A stretch of DNA of 29,505 nt from positions 1 through 29,505 of the forward strand of contig JBHLSH010000050.1 in assembly GCA_048881705.1 (NCBI GenBank), written 5' to 3'. The notes under the pieces were generated by a model, which saw only the letters and a program-made list of their open reading frames with translations, did no database searches and was not told the origin of the DNA. This DNA comes from Candidatus Heimdallarchaeota archaeon (GTDB lineage Archaea > Asgardarchaeota > Heimdallarchaeia > Hodarchaeales > Hodarchaeaceae). Positions within the stretch are counted from its first letter, which is position 1. Every line of letters starts with the position of its first letter. Shown in pieces: positions 18,462 to 26,703 of this stretch. Both the position numbers and the translations under genes were made by a program.

Positions 18462-19274
18462 ATGAAAAGCGGAAAGATTGAAACAAATGGTCAAAGTTTG
18501 TACTACGAAGTTCATGGTGAGGGATCCCCTCTGATCTTGATTATGGGTATCGGATACGACGCAACCTTGTGGGGTCTACACCAGATCCCGGTATTTTCAA
18601 AAAACTATCAAGTTATCGTTTTTGACAACCGGGATGTAGGTCGCAGTTCCCAAGCTAATGGCTCGTACACCATCGCAGATATGGCCGATGACGTAGTTGC
18701 ATTACTCAACGGTCTGAAGATCGATCGTGCTAGCGTTTTGGGCATATCGATGGGTGGAATGATCGCGCAGGAGTTTGCATTGAGACATCCTGACCGACTT
18801 GACAAGCTTATAGTAACTGGTACGAGCGCAGATACTAGTCACTCGAAGTTCGATCCAATTTCGGTGTGGAATTTCGTGAAGTCACACGATAAAAACGGAC
18901 TTACATTCGCAGCCCAACAGTTTTTGTGGCTGTTCTCAGATACGTTCTTGCGTAACCCCGGAGCTGTCGATCAAACTCTTCAAATGCTTGCCTCCAACCC
19001 GAATCCTCAGAGTCCGGAAGCTTACGAAAGACAGGCGGACGCTTACGTTAAGCATGATACATTAAGTCGCTTGGGTGATGTCAAGGCGCCTACATTAGTT
19101 ATATGTGGTGAACGTGACCGATTGACGCCGCCTTGGGTGTGTCGTCGTGTTGCTGATGCCATTCCTGGGGCACGTTATCACCAGATAGACGGACCGGGTA
19201 CATCCCACGTTTTACCGTTAGAAAAACCCGACGATTTTAATGCTATCGTGATGTCGTTCCTCGACAATAACTAG
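18462..19274 (+). CDS. Alpha/beta hydrolase (enol-lactonase/aminoacrylate hydrolase-like)
   Basis: LYYEVHGEG, FDNRDVGRS, nucleophile elbow GISMGG, ICGERD, SHVLPLEKPD. Confidence 0.9.
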   Translation: MKSGKIETNGQSLYYEVHGEGSPLILIMGIGYDATLWGLHQIPVFSKNYQVIVFDNRDVGRSSQANGSYTIADMADDVVALLNGLKIDRASVLGISMGGMIAQEFALRHPDRLDKLIVTGTSADTSHSKFDPISVWNFVKSHDKNGLTFAAQQFLWLFSDTFLRNPGAVDQTLQMLASNPNPQSPEAYERQADAYVKHDTLSRLGDVKAPTLVICGERDRLTPPWVCRRVADAIPGARYHQIDGPGTSHVLPLEKPDDFNAIVMSFLDNN

Positions 19275-19627
19275 TACGATGGTACCCCGTTTTATCGTGG
19301 TAACAATCTCCTATCAAGGCTGATTTGTTAAAACGACTAGTTGACAAATAGTTCTTGATTCCCTTTCAAGAATTCCTCCTTTCTTTCCATTTTTCCTTTC
19401 TTTTCCAATTTAGATAGGAATCTCTAAATCATATTAAGTGGATGGAAGCCTCTTCCCCTGCTGCTGAACTCTTTTTTAACACCTCAAGGTTATGAAAGCC
19501 CAGTAGCCCAGGGTACTAAATATTCGTGACAACTTTCTCTACTGGGCGAATTTTGGCATCAAGAGAGAAAACAATTCCCTCCACGTGAGAAGATGGTTGT
19601 CGTATAAAGGATAATCTATTCAATTAA

Positions 19628-20155
19628 TCATCTAAAGGATATCCATTTGTGACGGCCCTTTTTGGGTCGATCTTCAAAATCCTCATTGTCATGACGGTTA
19701 GAAGATCGGCTATTTCGAGAACCACGTTGCGGGGATCTACCTCTCCCTCGATTTCTATTCATATCTCTTCGGGTGTCGGCTGTATGTTCGGAGGAACGAT
19801 TGTTTTCTTCATTAATTGTTTCAAAAATTGTCTCATCCTCAGTTATGATTCCATCCTTGCCTTTTGATAGTTGAAGGGAGTTTCTGAAGACATTCGCATA
19901 ACCATTAGACAGTTTGTAGACAGAATCCTGTTTCACCGCATCTATGTCTTCATTCCAAAGAGTAAGGGTAATACTGCCTGTCGGATCAGAAATAGTGAAA
20001 TCACAGACTCGTTGAGTTTGTCCAGAGCGATTAGTGACCTTGCGTTCATTATTCCTTTTGGTAACCTTGAAAACGACATTTAGATTTTTTTCAAGAGGTT
20101 TCAATGCACTGATTTTGACATCGTGCGTTTCTTTTAGATTTGTGTTAAAGCTCAT
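19628..20155 (-). CDS. ssb: Single-stranded DNA-binding protein, single OB fold with disordered C-terminal tail
   Basis: NVVFKV...RVCDFTISDPTGSITLTLWNE...VYKLSNGYANVFRNSLQLSKGKDG matches the Sulfolobus SSB/hSSB1-type OB fold, followed by a low-complexity R/S/N/G tail. Confidence 0.85.
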   Translation of the reverse strand: MSFNTNLKETHDVKISALKPLEKNLNVVFKVTKRNNERKVTNRSGQTQRVCDFTISDPTGSITLTLWNEDIDAVKQDSVYKLSNGYANVFRNSLQLSKGKDGIITEDETIFETINEENNRSSEHTADTRRDMNRNRGRGRSPQRGSRNSRSSNRHDNEDFEDRPKKGRHKWISFR

Positions 20156-20447
20156 TTTTCCACATCGAATTTAAAATATTTAGCCCTTAAATGCTATAAA
20201 AAAGTAAAATTAGCTAATGATCAGATATTTGAAGGCTTTCCTGCTTAGAGAGAAATTCAACTATCCCAATGGTCTTTTTTACTTCCTAAAACAAGATTGA
20301 GGCTCATTAGAAGCCTTTTATTGACATTATATAAGTATATTCTACGACTTTGGGAAGGTCTTTTCTCAAAATTCCCTCCTCTACCCACCGAATTGTTCAC
20401 TGATTCAGGCTACTCCTTGACCTAGCACTATTCGACCTTTTGAGTTA

Positions 20448-21152
20448 CTAACCTGCATGTGTTTGTAGCAATTTGTGATTTCCCGTAATTTCATATGCAA
20501 TTGCCGAAGGGATGGAAATCAACATCAATACAAGGGCGAGGATACCAAAAAACCATTGAAAACCATATGTAAGTTCTGCGTTGATGATCCAAAGTAGGGG
20601 ATACCCGAAAATTGCGATTTCCACTCCAATCCAAAAAGTTAATACAAGTGCGGGGACAATCCATGGCCACAACTTGATAAGGAACCTGTTAACTCGTCCA
20701 GTAAGATGTGTGTCCCACCACCTCAGTGGTTTGTTAATCCTAGTCGCGGCAATTGTGGCCAATATGGTAAAGAAGATCGGTCCATAGCCGCCTCCCACTA
20801 ACCAGAGAACTAGTGAAAGTAAAAACAGAACCCGAGCACCATATTTCCGATCGATGAACCAAGCCGCCCATATGGTTACTAATATACCAAACGCTATCGC
20901 AAGGAGACCAGTCCAGAAATAGTTCGGAATGACAGTGATTGCTGTTTCCGTAGCATACTCCCAAAACCTTTGTCCTGGACCAATAGCGTCTATCCAAACG
21001 TCATCTGGTGTCACGTTCCCTTGAAATGCTTCCAGGATCCCATGTTCTATGCCAGCCACTCCCACAAGAACGCCCAAAGTTGAAGCGATGAGCCTTATTG
21101 GACTGACATTTTGCCAAAATCGTTTCCTATCTTGTAAGTTCATTTGTGTCAT
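20448..21152 (-). CDS. Hypothetical membrane protein (about 6 TM)
   Basis: Hydrophobic 234-aa ORF; STLGVLVGVAGIEHGILEAFQGN. Starts 23 nt after the stop of the upstream minus-strand gene. Confidence 0.72.
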   Translation of the reverse strand: MTQMNLQDRKRFWQNVSPIRLIASTLGVLVGVAGIEHGILEAFQGNVTPDDVWIDAIGPGQRFWEYATETAITVIPNYFWTGLLAIAFGILVTIWAAWFIDRKYGARVLFLLSLVLWLVGGGYGPIFFTILATIAATRINKPLRWWDTHLTGRVNRFLIKLWPWIVPALVLTFWIGVEIAIFGYPLLWIINAELTYGFQWFFGILALVLMLISIPSAIAYEITGNHKLLQTHAG

Positions 21153-21175
21153 CTATCCTTTTTGTTATGCGATCT

Positions 21176-21736
21176 TTATTGAAAAGATAGTACAGTTTTA
21201 ATTTCAATTTCTTGTCCATTCCGGAGTTGCCTCCAAACTATCAGATATATTGTTAGACCTATAATTAGCATTCCAAATTCACCTAATAACACTCCCATCT
21301 CCGTACTCCATATTCCAAGTCCGAACGAAGGTGCTCCGCCGAATGGGTGAAGCAAAGGCATCGAACCGTCTGAAAAAATGTAAGTCATTGGTTGAGAAAT
21401 AAAATCTATAATCCAGTGGCTGAAAACTAAGAGGCCAAGAGAAAGGCTTATTCGTTGTTCATGCCATACTCCATAACTGATCAATGCTGTAAGTAGGGAC
21501 CAAATGATCGCCATAAACAGACTATGTGACCAAGGCGCAGATCCGGTCTGACCATTCACTGGGGGGGATTCAATCCCAACAACCATGAATCCCAAGAACA
21601 GAACGTCAATGAGGTATGCACCGACGATTAATATCCAGACTGAAATCCTGGGGACAAGTTTCTTGTAAGCAATCCCAACAGCTAGATGAGTCAATCCTGC
21701 CATATTTATTTCATCCCTTGTTTCATTTTTTATCAC
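21176..21736 (-). CDS. Membrane-bound metal-dependent hydrolase (YdjM-like)
   Basis: THLAVG, IDVL, PWSHSL and SHWIIDF reproduce the H...(P)D...HS...SH..LD pattern. Start may be MAGLTH. Confidence 0.78.
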   Translation of the reverse strand: MIKNETRDEINMAGLTHLAVGIAYKKLVPRISVWILIVGAYLIDVLFLGFMVVGIESPPVNGQTGSAPWSHSLFMAIIWSLLTALISYGVWHEQRISLSLGLLVFSHWIIDFISQPMTYIFSDGSMPLLHPFGGAPSFGLGIWSTEMGVLLGEFGMLIIGLTIYLIVWRQLRNGQEIEIKTVLSFQ

Positions 21737-21764
21737 GTATTTGTCCTTTTGTCCTAAATGATCG

Positions 21765-21781
21765 GAAAGTTTAAAACTTTC
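21765..21781. promoter_or_regulatory. Perfect inverted repeat GAAAGTTT-A-AAACTTTC in the divergent intergenic region upstream of trmB
   Basis: 8-bp arms at 21765-21772 and 21774-21781; reads as BRE+TATA-like on both strands. An additional AAAGTTTA occurs at 21791. Confidence 0.55.
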
Positions 21782-21845
21782 AACTGGTTCAAAGTTTATT
21801 AGATTAATATGGATTTGGATAGCGAAAAAACTCTCGACAGTTTAT

Positions 21846-22682
21846 TTGGTGGACGAAATGTCATCGGCTCAAAATGAGAATATATTGGAGCGGTATGGGC
21901 TTACAAATTACGAATTCGCAGTTTTTTCGACATTACTTAGACGAGGTGCCTGTGATGCGAAGAATCTGTCAGAACGTTCCAAGGTACCCACGGGACGGAT
22001 TTATGACGTCACAGCTTCTTTAGAAAGTAAGGGATTGATTGATATTCAGAAATATTCCAGACCAAAGCTCTATTCTCCGGTGGGTCCAAGCAAAGCAATA
22101 CGAAATCTGCTGGAACGGAAAAAACTGGAGCTGGAGGCGCTAACAGAACAGGCATTACTTGTGGAAGAGGAATTGAAGAAACAGCACAGAATGACTCCCC
22201 ATGAAAGCCTTTTTTGGAAGATTGGCATTGGTCACGAGACTATCGGAAAATTCAATGATCGGTTGCTGGAAACCCAAAATTCATTCCTTTTTTATAGTGA
22301 ATTTTTTGAAACCAAGCCCCATATGCATACCCAGGAGATCCTAGAAGAAGCAGAAGTTTTTATTGAATTACAAAAAAGGGGGGTTCCTCTAAAACTCCTC
22401 ATAGGAACTAAAGATAAAGCAGAAACCATGCAAGAAATGCTAGAACTTCTCTCTCCTCTCCTACACAGGCTCGATTTTGACAAAATGGAGGTTAAATTTA
22501 CTGAAACTATTACCGTTCCATTTGTGGTCATAGACGACGAAAAAGTGGTCTTAAAGATAAAAAATCCTGCAAATCTCAAAGAATTTTTTGCCTCAATCTA
22601 TATTTGGCAACGGAAATTTGCAATAGAGCTTGCAGTAAAATTCGAGGAGATGTGGAATCATGCTAGCGAATTTTCATTTTAA
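21846..22682 (+). CDS. TrmB family transcriptional regulator
   Basis: YGLTNYE..FSTLL...AKNLSERSKVPTGRIYDVTASLESKGLI..Q..RPKLYSPVGP (TrmB wHTH); C-terminal PFVVIDDEKVVL effector domain. Confidence 0.9.
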   Translation: MVDEMSSAQNENILERYGLTNYEFAVFSTLLRRGACDAKNLSERSKVPTGRIYDVTASLESKGLIDIQKYSRPKLYSPVGPSKAIRNLLERKKLELEALTEQALLVEEELKKQHRMTPHESLFWKIGIGHETIGKFNDRLLETQNSFLFYSEFFETKPHMHTQEILEEAEVFIELQKRGVPLKLLIGTKDKAETMQEMLELLSPLLHRLDFDKMEVKFTETITVPFVVIDDEKVVLKIKNPANLKEFFASIYIWQRKFAIELAVKFEEMWNHASEFSF

Positions 22683-22806
22683 TATTGAGTATCCCGTGGA
22701 ATTCGTTTGGAAGTTCTTGTTTCAATTCAAGTGTAAGTTATATGCATGGAAACTAGGTTATTTACCTTGTGGGAGGTTTTCTAAAAAATAATACTCTCTC
22801 CTTGGC

Positions 22807-23601
22807 TTATTCAGCAAACGAACTTTCGTATATCCATTCCGCAACAGGTGAATATCTATGTATAGGTGGATAATTGTCAGCGAAAAGCCATTTCAGGGGA
22901 TAAGCAATATGATCGCATGGGAACTCTCGTTGTTCGATCTCCACATCAATCATATCTTCCTCCGCAAATCTCATGCTTTCTGGTTCAATTAGATTGTCAA
23001 ATGTACTGATAGCGTTTTGCCATTTGATTTTTGGATTCAAGCACGGCTTATGGCGGTTTAATGAGCTAATAAGTTTACTTGATCTAAGTACCTGAACGAA
23101 TAATCGATTAAAGCTAATGTAGTTCGTAATAAGACTCATCATGTTCCAAATTCTATCGCTCTTGAACTTGTTCGTTCCATGATTTGGCACCGAGAGAAGA
23201 GACACCCCCCTAACTAGGTCTTCAGCGTTGAACGAAAAATGATCAAAATGGGGGCATAGCAGATACCGCACGATTATTCCCCCTATACTATGAGCTATTA
23301 TGTGAATTCGTTTTTTATCCCTTTTATATATAAACTCCAATGAGGCATAGAGATCTTCCTGTGCAAGGATTTTAATGTCACCACTAATGGCATTTGATAA
23401 TCCCAGACTCCAAACTCCTAATTCCTCTTTCTTCAGGAAATATTTTCCAAGACTATCCGGGTACTTAAACCAAATCCTTGGCGAACTACCAAATCCGTGC
23501 ACAAAAAGAACAGGATAGCCCTGCCGATCGACAGTTTCGTTTATCAAACGGGCTGTGCCGTGTTTGGTCTTTATTTCATAGATTGCGCGCTCTATGCTCA
23601 T
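22807..23601 (-). CDS. Alpha/beta hydrolase, lipase/esterase-like (PGAP1/LipA-type)
   Basis: VLFVHGFGSS (oxyanion), IIAHSIGG (AHSxG elbow), LSVPNHGT, STFDNLI (Asp), CDHI (His). Confidence 0.85.
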   Translation of the reverse strand: MSIERAIYEIKTKHGTARLINETVDRQGYPVLFVHGFGSSPRIWFKYPDSLGKYFLKKEELGVWSLGLSNAISGDIKILAQEDLYASLEFIYKRDKKRIHIIAHSIGGIIVRYLLCPHFDHFSFNAEDLVRGVSLLSVPNHGTNKFKSDRIWNMMSLITNYISFNRLFVQVLRSSKLISSLNRHKPCLNPKIKWQNAISTFDNLIEPESMRFAEEDMIDVEIEQREFPCDHIAYPLKWLFADNYPPIHRYSPVAEWIYESSFAE

Positions 23602-23663
23602 AGATATGTAGTAGGGCTTTTTGGTTTAAAAAATCTTTAGATAATTCACCTATCTGATTTTGA

Positions 23664-24326
23664 CTATTGATCCCATACTTCTTTTGGTTCCTTAGGTACA
23701 ATATTCCAGAGAATACTAGAGATTTTTTCCCTTTCAAAGAAAAGAATTGTACCGATAACTAAAAGCACCAAAACGAAATAAGTAATGTTCCCCGTAAACC
23801 AAAGAATGACAAACGGAGAAAATAAAGCTACAATCGCATTTGTCGAAAAATTTTCGTACCAGTTTCCGTTTAATAAGTACCTTTTCAGTATTTTCAGCGT
23901 GAGCATTAGAACAATAAACAAGATTACAAAGCTCTCCAGCGACAGGAACAAAAGAATTCCCCCGAGCGAGGAGCCTCCCTTTCCACCATGCCAATCGTGC
24001 TTTTCTAACCAGATCCAAAAGGAGTTGACGTGACCGAAAACAATTCCTAAACTGCCAACAATAAGGATTCCATCATAAAATGGGGACCCGAAAAGATCGT
24101 GAAATGCAAAACTTAGGATTGCTAGAGCAATTGTGGCTTTTAATATATCAGACATTCCAACGATTACCATTGCAGGCCACCCAAAAGTCCGGCCCGCATT
24201 TGATGCACCTAATTGCCCTGTGCCCTCTTGTGTCAGATCAATTCCATTCAGTCTTCCCCAATAATATGATATGAATATCGACCCTGTTAAGTAGCCGAAA
24301 GTCCCAGCGATTAAGATTTCAAACAT
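23664..24326 (-). CDS. plsY: PlsY-family acyl-phosphate:glycerol-phosphate acyltransferase homolog
   Basis: GYLTGSI...GIDLTQEGTGQLGASNAGRTFG, DILKA, GHVNS, GGKGGSS, multiple TM helices. Likely start is ATG 24326 (MFEIL), overlapping the upstream stop by 8 nt. Motif 3 is degenerate. Confidence 0.85.
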   Translation of the reverse strand: MFEILIAGTFGYLTGSIFISYYWGRLNGIDLTQEGTGQLGASNAGRTFGWPAMVIVGMSDILKATIALAILSFAFHDLFGSPFYDGILIVGSLGIVFGHVNSFWIWLEKHDWHGGKGGSSLGGILLFLSLESFVILFIVLMLTLKILKRYLLNGNWYENFSTNAIVALFSPFVILWFTGNITYFVLVLLVIGTILFFEREKISSILWNIVPKEPKEVWDQ

Positions 24327-25218
24327 TAACCTTAATTCCTTTTCTGGGTTTGATTCCCGTTTCAGCGAAATAGGCAACCAATATTAAACCAGGTCCAGTA
24401 TTGGCCGCCACTGTTGGATCTGCGTAACCTCTAATAATCGTATAATCTGGCAATTTCTCCATAAGTTTCTCTTCAACTTCAATCAATTCCTTCTCACATC
24501 TGAAATGACTAATTCCCACAATTCGTGGAATCATTTCTCTATCCATATTTTCCGATAGGGAATTAATTACAAGATCCAATGCCGTTTTTCTGTTTCGAGG
24601 TCTCTCCACCAGAAATACGTCCGAATCTCGCATTAAAAGAACAGGCTTAACTGATAGAGTACTTGCTATCCAACCTGCGACTCTCAGTTTCAATCTGCCA
24701 CTTCTTTGAAGATATTTAAAAGATTCAAGGGTTCCAACTATCTGAATCTTCTTACAGTACTCCCGAACCTGACGAATGATCTCCTGTCTGTCCTCAATTT
24801 GACGTGTCTCGATAGCAGCTGCCGCTATTGCCGTAATACCCAGACCAATTGTTGCAACTCCGCATTCGAAGTGTACAATCCTGGAAGAGTCATCCAAACG
24901 CCTGGCAGCCGCTTTAGCAGCGTTTAACATCCCGGAATGTTTTGTAGGGCAGTGCAAACTTAAAATCATGTCGACATTGTCATATAGGCGTTCGTAAGCC
25001 CTATAATAAGCGGCGGGAGGGGGCGCTCCAGTACGGATGTTTTTCCTTTCATCTTCTAGAAGTTTTTGAAGATCCTCAGCTTGAATATCCACGCCGCTTT
25101 GGTACGGAGTTCCATCAATGTATACGATGCCTGGTACAAGCACTATTCCATGCTTTTCGGAGACTTTAGGAGGCAAATCAGACATACTATCGCATACAAC
25201 GCCAATCTTCGTACTCAA
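24319..25218 (-). CDS. DegV family fatty-acid-binding protein (FakB-like)
   Basis: IGVVCDSMSDLP, VPGIVYIDGTPYQSGVDI, KHSGMLNAA, LESFKYLQRSGRL, LSVKPVL, ISH, NTGPG. Confidence 0.9.
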   Translation of the reverse strand: MSTKIGVVCDSMSDLPPKVSEKHGIVLVPGIVYIDGTPYQSGVDIQAEDLQKLLEDERKNIRTGAPPPAAYYRAYERLYDNVDMILSLHCPTKHSGMLNAAKAAARRLDDSSRIVHFECGVATIGLGITAIAAAAIETRQIEDRQEIIRQVREYCKKIQIVGTLESFKYLQRSGRLKLRVAGWIASTLSVKPVLLMRDSDVFLVERPRNRKTALDLVINSLSENMDREMIPRIVGISHFRCEKELIEVEEKLMEKLPDYTIIRGYADPTVAANTGPGLILVAYFAETGIKPRKGIKVNV

Positions 25219-26240
25219 TCCCCCGTTTCTTTGGATCTGATGCGCTTTGATAGCAGGTAATTCTGTTCATTTAGGGATTTAATGGAATCGACTTCAACTT
25301 GGCTCACATAGTCTCTCACATTGGAAATGACGAGATCGGGATCTTTACAATGGATATGTACTTTGATCTTGGAGATCGATTCTTTAGTCAAGACCAGAAC
25401 ACATGTACATTCCTTTTTCAGTTTGGCTTTTAGGAATTCTATGGATTTCTTTAAACCAGAGATTCTAAAGATTACTTCGAATTCTTCTTCGGTCATTGAG
25501 AAATCAATTCTTGGTTTTAAAAAGGGAGCAAGATCGTCGTCGATTACATGTAATGGCAGAACGTCCGATGGAAATCTATCCACCATTCCCTCAATGAATC
25601 CCTCAAAAATTATCATTAAGCCCATAGCTCCCGCATCTATGACTCCTGCAAGATTTGCCTGGGGCAAGATTCTGTGAGTGTCCAATAAAGCTGCTTTGGC
25701 CTCCTCGAGTGCAATATACAGTAATTCAAAAGGCGATTTGACCTTATGTTGCCATTCTTTTGCGGTTTCCGCTATTATTCTGGCTATAGTCAGAATAGTT
25801 CCTTCCCTGGGATTTTCAACTGCTTGGTAGGCACATTTTGCCCCTGAAAATAATCCGCTAGAAAGTACCTCTCTACCAATACTGTCGAATTCATTCCATT
25901 CTTGTTCCAAACCCCGGAAATATTCCGCTAAAATTATACCAGAGTTTCCTATGCTTCCGAAAAATGCTCCTTTTGATGCTGCGCTGATGACCTTGCCAAA
26001 ATTATTGTGAATCTCTAAATTATTCAGTTCCTTGATAATAGATTTAAAAGTTTGATGCATATTAAATCCTGTATCCCCATCAGGTACAGGAAACACGTTA
26101 ACATCATTAAGGATATCAATAAATTTCTCTAGCTTTTGTGATGCCAATTTCAACATGCAATACAAATCTTCGCCAGAGATTACGTCTGGTAATAGGTTTT
26201 GAGCGAATTCTTGAAGAACCATCTCAAGAACCGACTCCAA
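25215..26240 (-). CDS. DAK2-domain protein (fatty acid kinase FakA-like), short form
   Basis: NDVNVFPVPDGDTGFNM, GNSGIILAEYFRG, AYQAVENPREGTILT, GVIDAGAMG, KVHIHCKDP. 341 aa, lacking the third domain of the usual ~550-aa FakA. Confidence 0.9.
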   Translation of the reverse strand: MESVLEMVLQEFAQNLLPDVISGEDLYCMLKLASQKLEKFIDILNDVNVFPVPDGDTGFNMHQTFKSIIKELNNLEIHNNFGKVISAASKGAFFGSIGNSGIILAEYFRGLEQEWNEFDSIGREVLSSGLFSGAKCAYQAVENPREGTILTIARIIAETAKEWQHKVKSPFELLYIALEEAKAALLDTHRILPQANLAGVIDAGAMGLMIIFEGFIEGMVDRFPSDVLPLHVIDDDLAPFLKPRIDFSMTEEEFEVIFRISGLKKSIEFLKAKLKKECTCVLVLTKESISKIKVHIHCKDPDLVISNVRDYVSQVEVDSIKSLNEQNYLLSKRIRSKETGD

Positions 26241-26289
26241 AATTAAGTTCAGTTTCTTGTCTTATTTGCGTAAATTTTGCAATTTTCTC

Positions 26290-26302
26290 CTTATAAACTT
26301 TC
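26290..26302 (-). promoter_or_regulatory. Candidate BRE+TATA promoter of the fakA-degV-plsY-lipase cluster
   Basis: Minus strand reads GAAAG TTTATAAG, about 50 nt upstream of the DAK2 start. Confidence 0.5.
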
Positions 26303-26703
26303 CTACCTATCTCCAAAGGATTAGATAGACGAGTTTAATAATGCTTCAATTCATAATAGAAGACATGTGTTTTTTTCGGAACTGATTCTGCAATAATTAT
26401 TTCTATACTGAAAAGGATTTCAGATTCGTCCTGGCTCAACGATATCCCATCAAAGGTTGAAATCCGCGATACTGGTCATTCTCTATATAATTATTTTATC
26501 CAGGTCTACGCTATGGTAAAAAAGTCCAGAAAATGCATTTGGTGAAGAATATGTCGATTTTGTATTGAAAGAGGTACCGAGCATCAAAGCTTGTTTTTTC
26601 GAATTTCTTAGAATTCGACTGATAAGCCAGTGGTAAAACGAAAATTGAATTATGTAACGGTTATTCAGAATAACCGAAAAACGAAAGAGAACGTGTTTAC
26701 TCT

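Noticed and set aside
19340-19410. Pyrimidine-rich tract and possible decayed ORF downstream of ssb
   Set aside because: Translations give only short stop-interrupted peptides without motifs. It is compatible with T-rich termination sequence for the plus-strand hydrolase.
24327-24377. Track's 17-aa N-terminal extension of PlsY
   Set aside because: It lies within the degV coding sequence. ATG 24326 gives a normal PlsY N-terminus and a typical 8-nt overlap.
26425-26475. TGGCTCAA...GGTTGAAATCC tRNA-like pieces
   Set aside because: Spacing is too short for an anticodon arm, the T-loop lacks TTC, and only 2 bp of T-stem pair.
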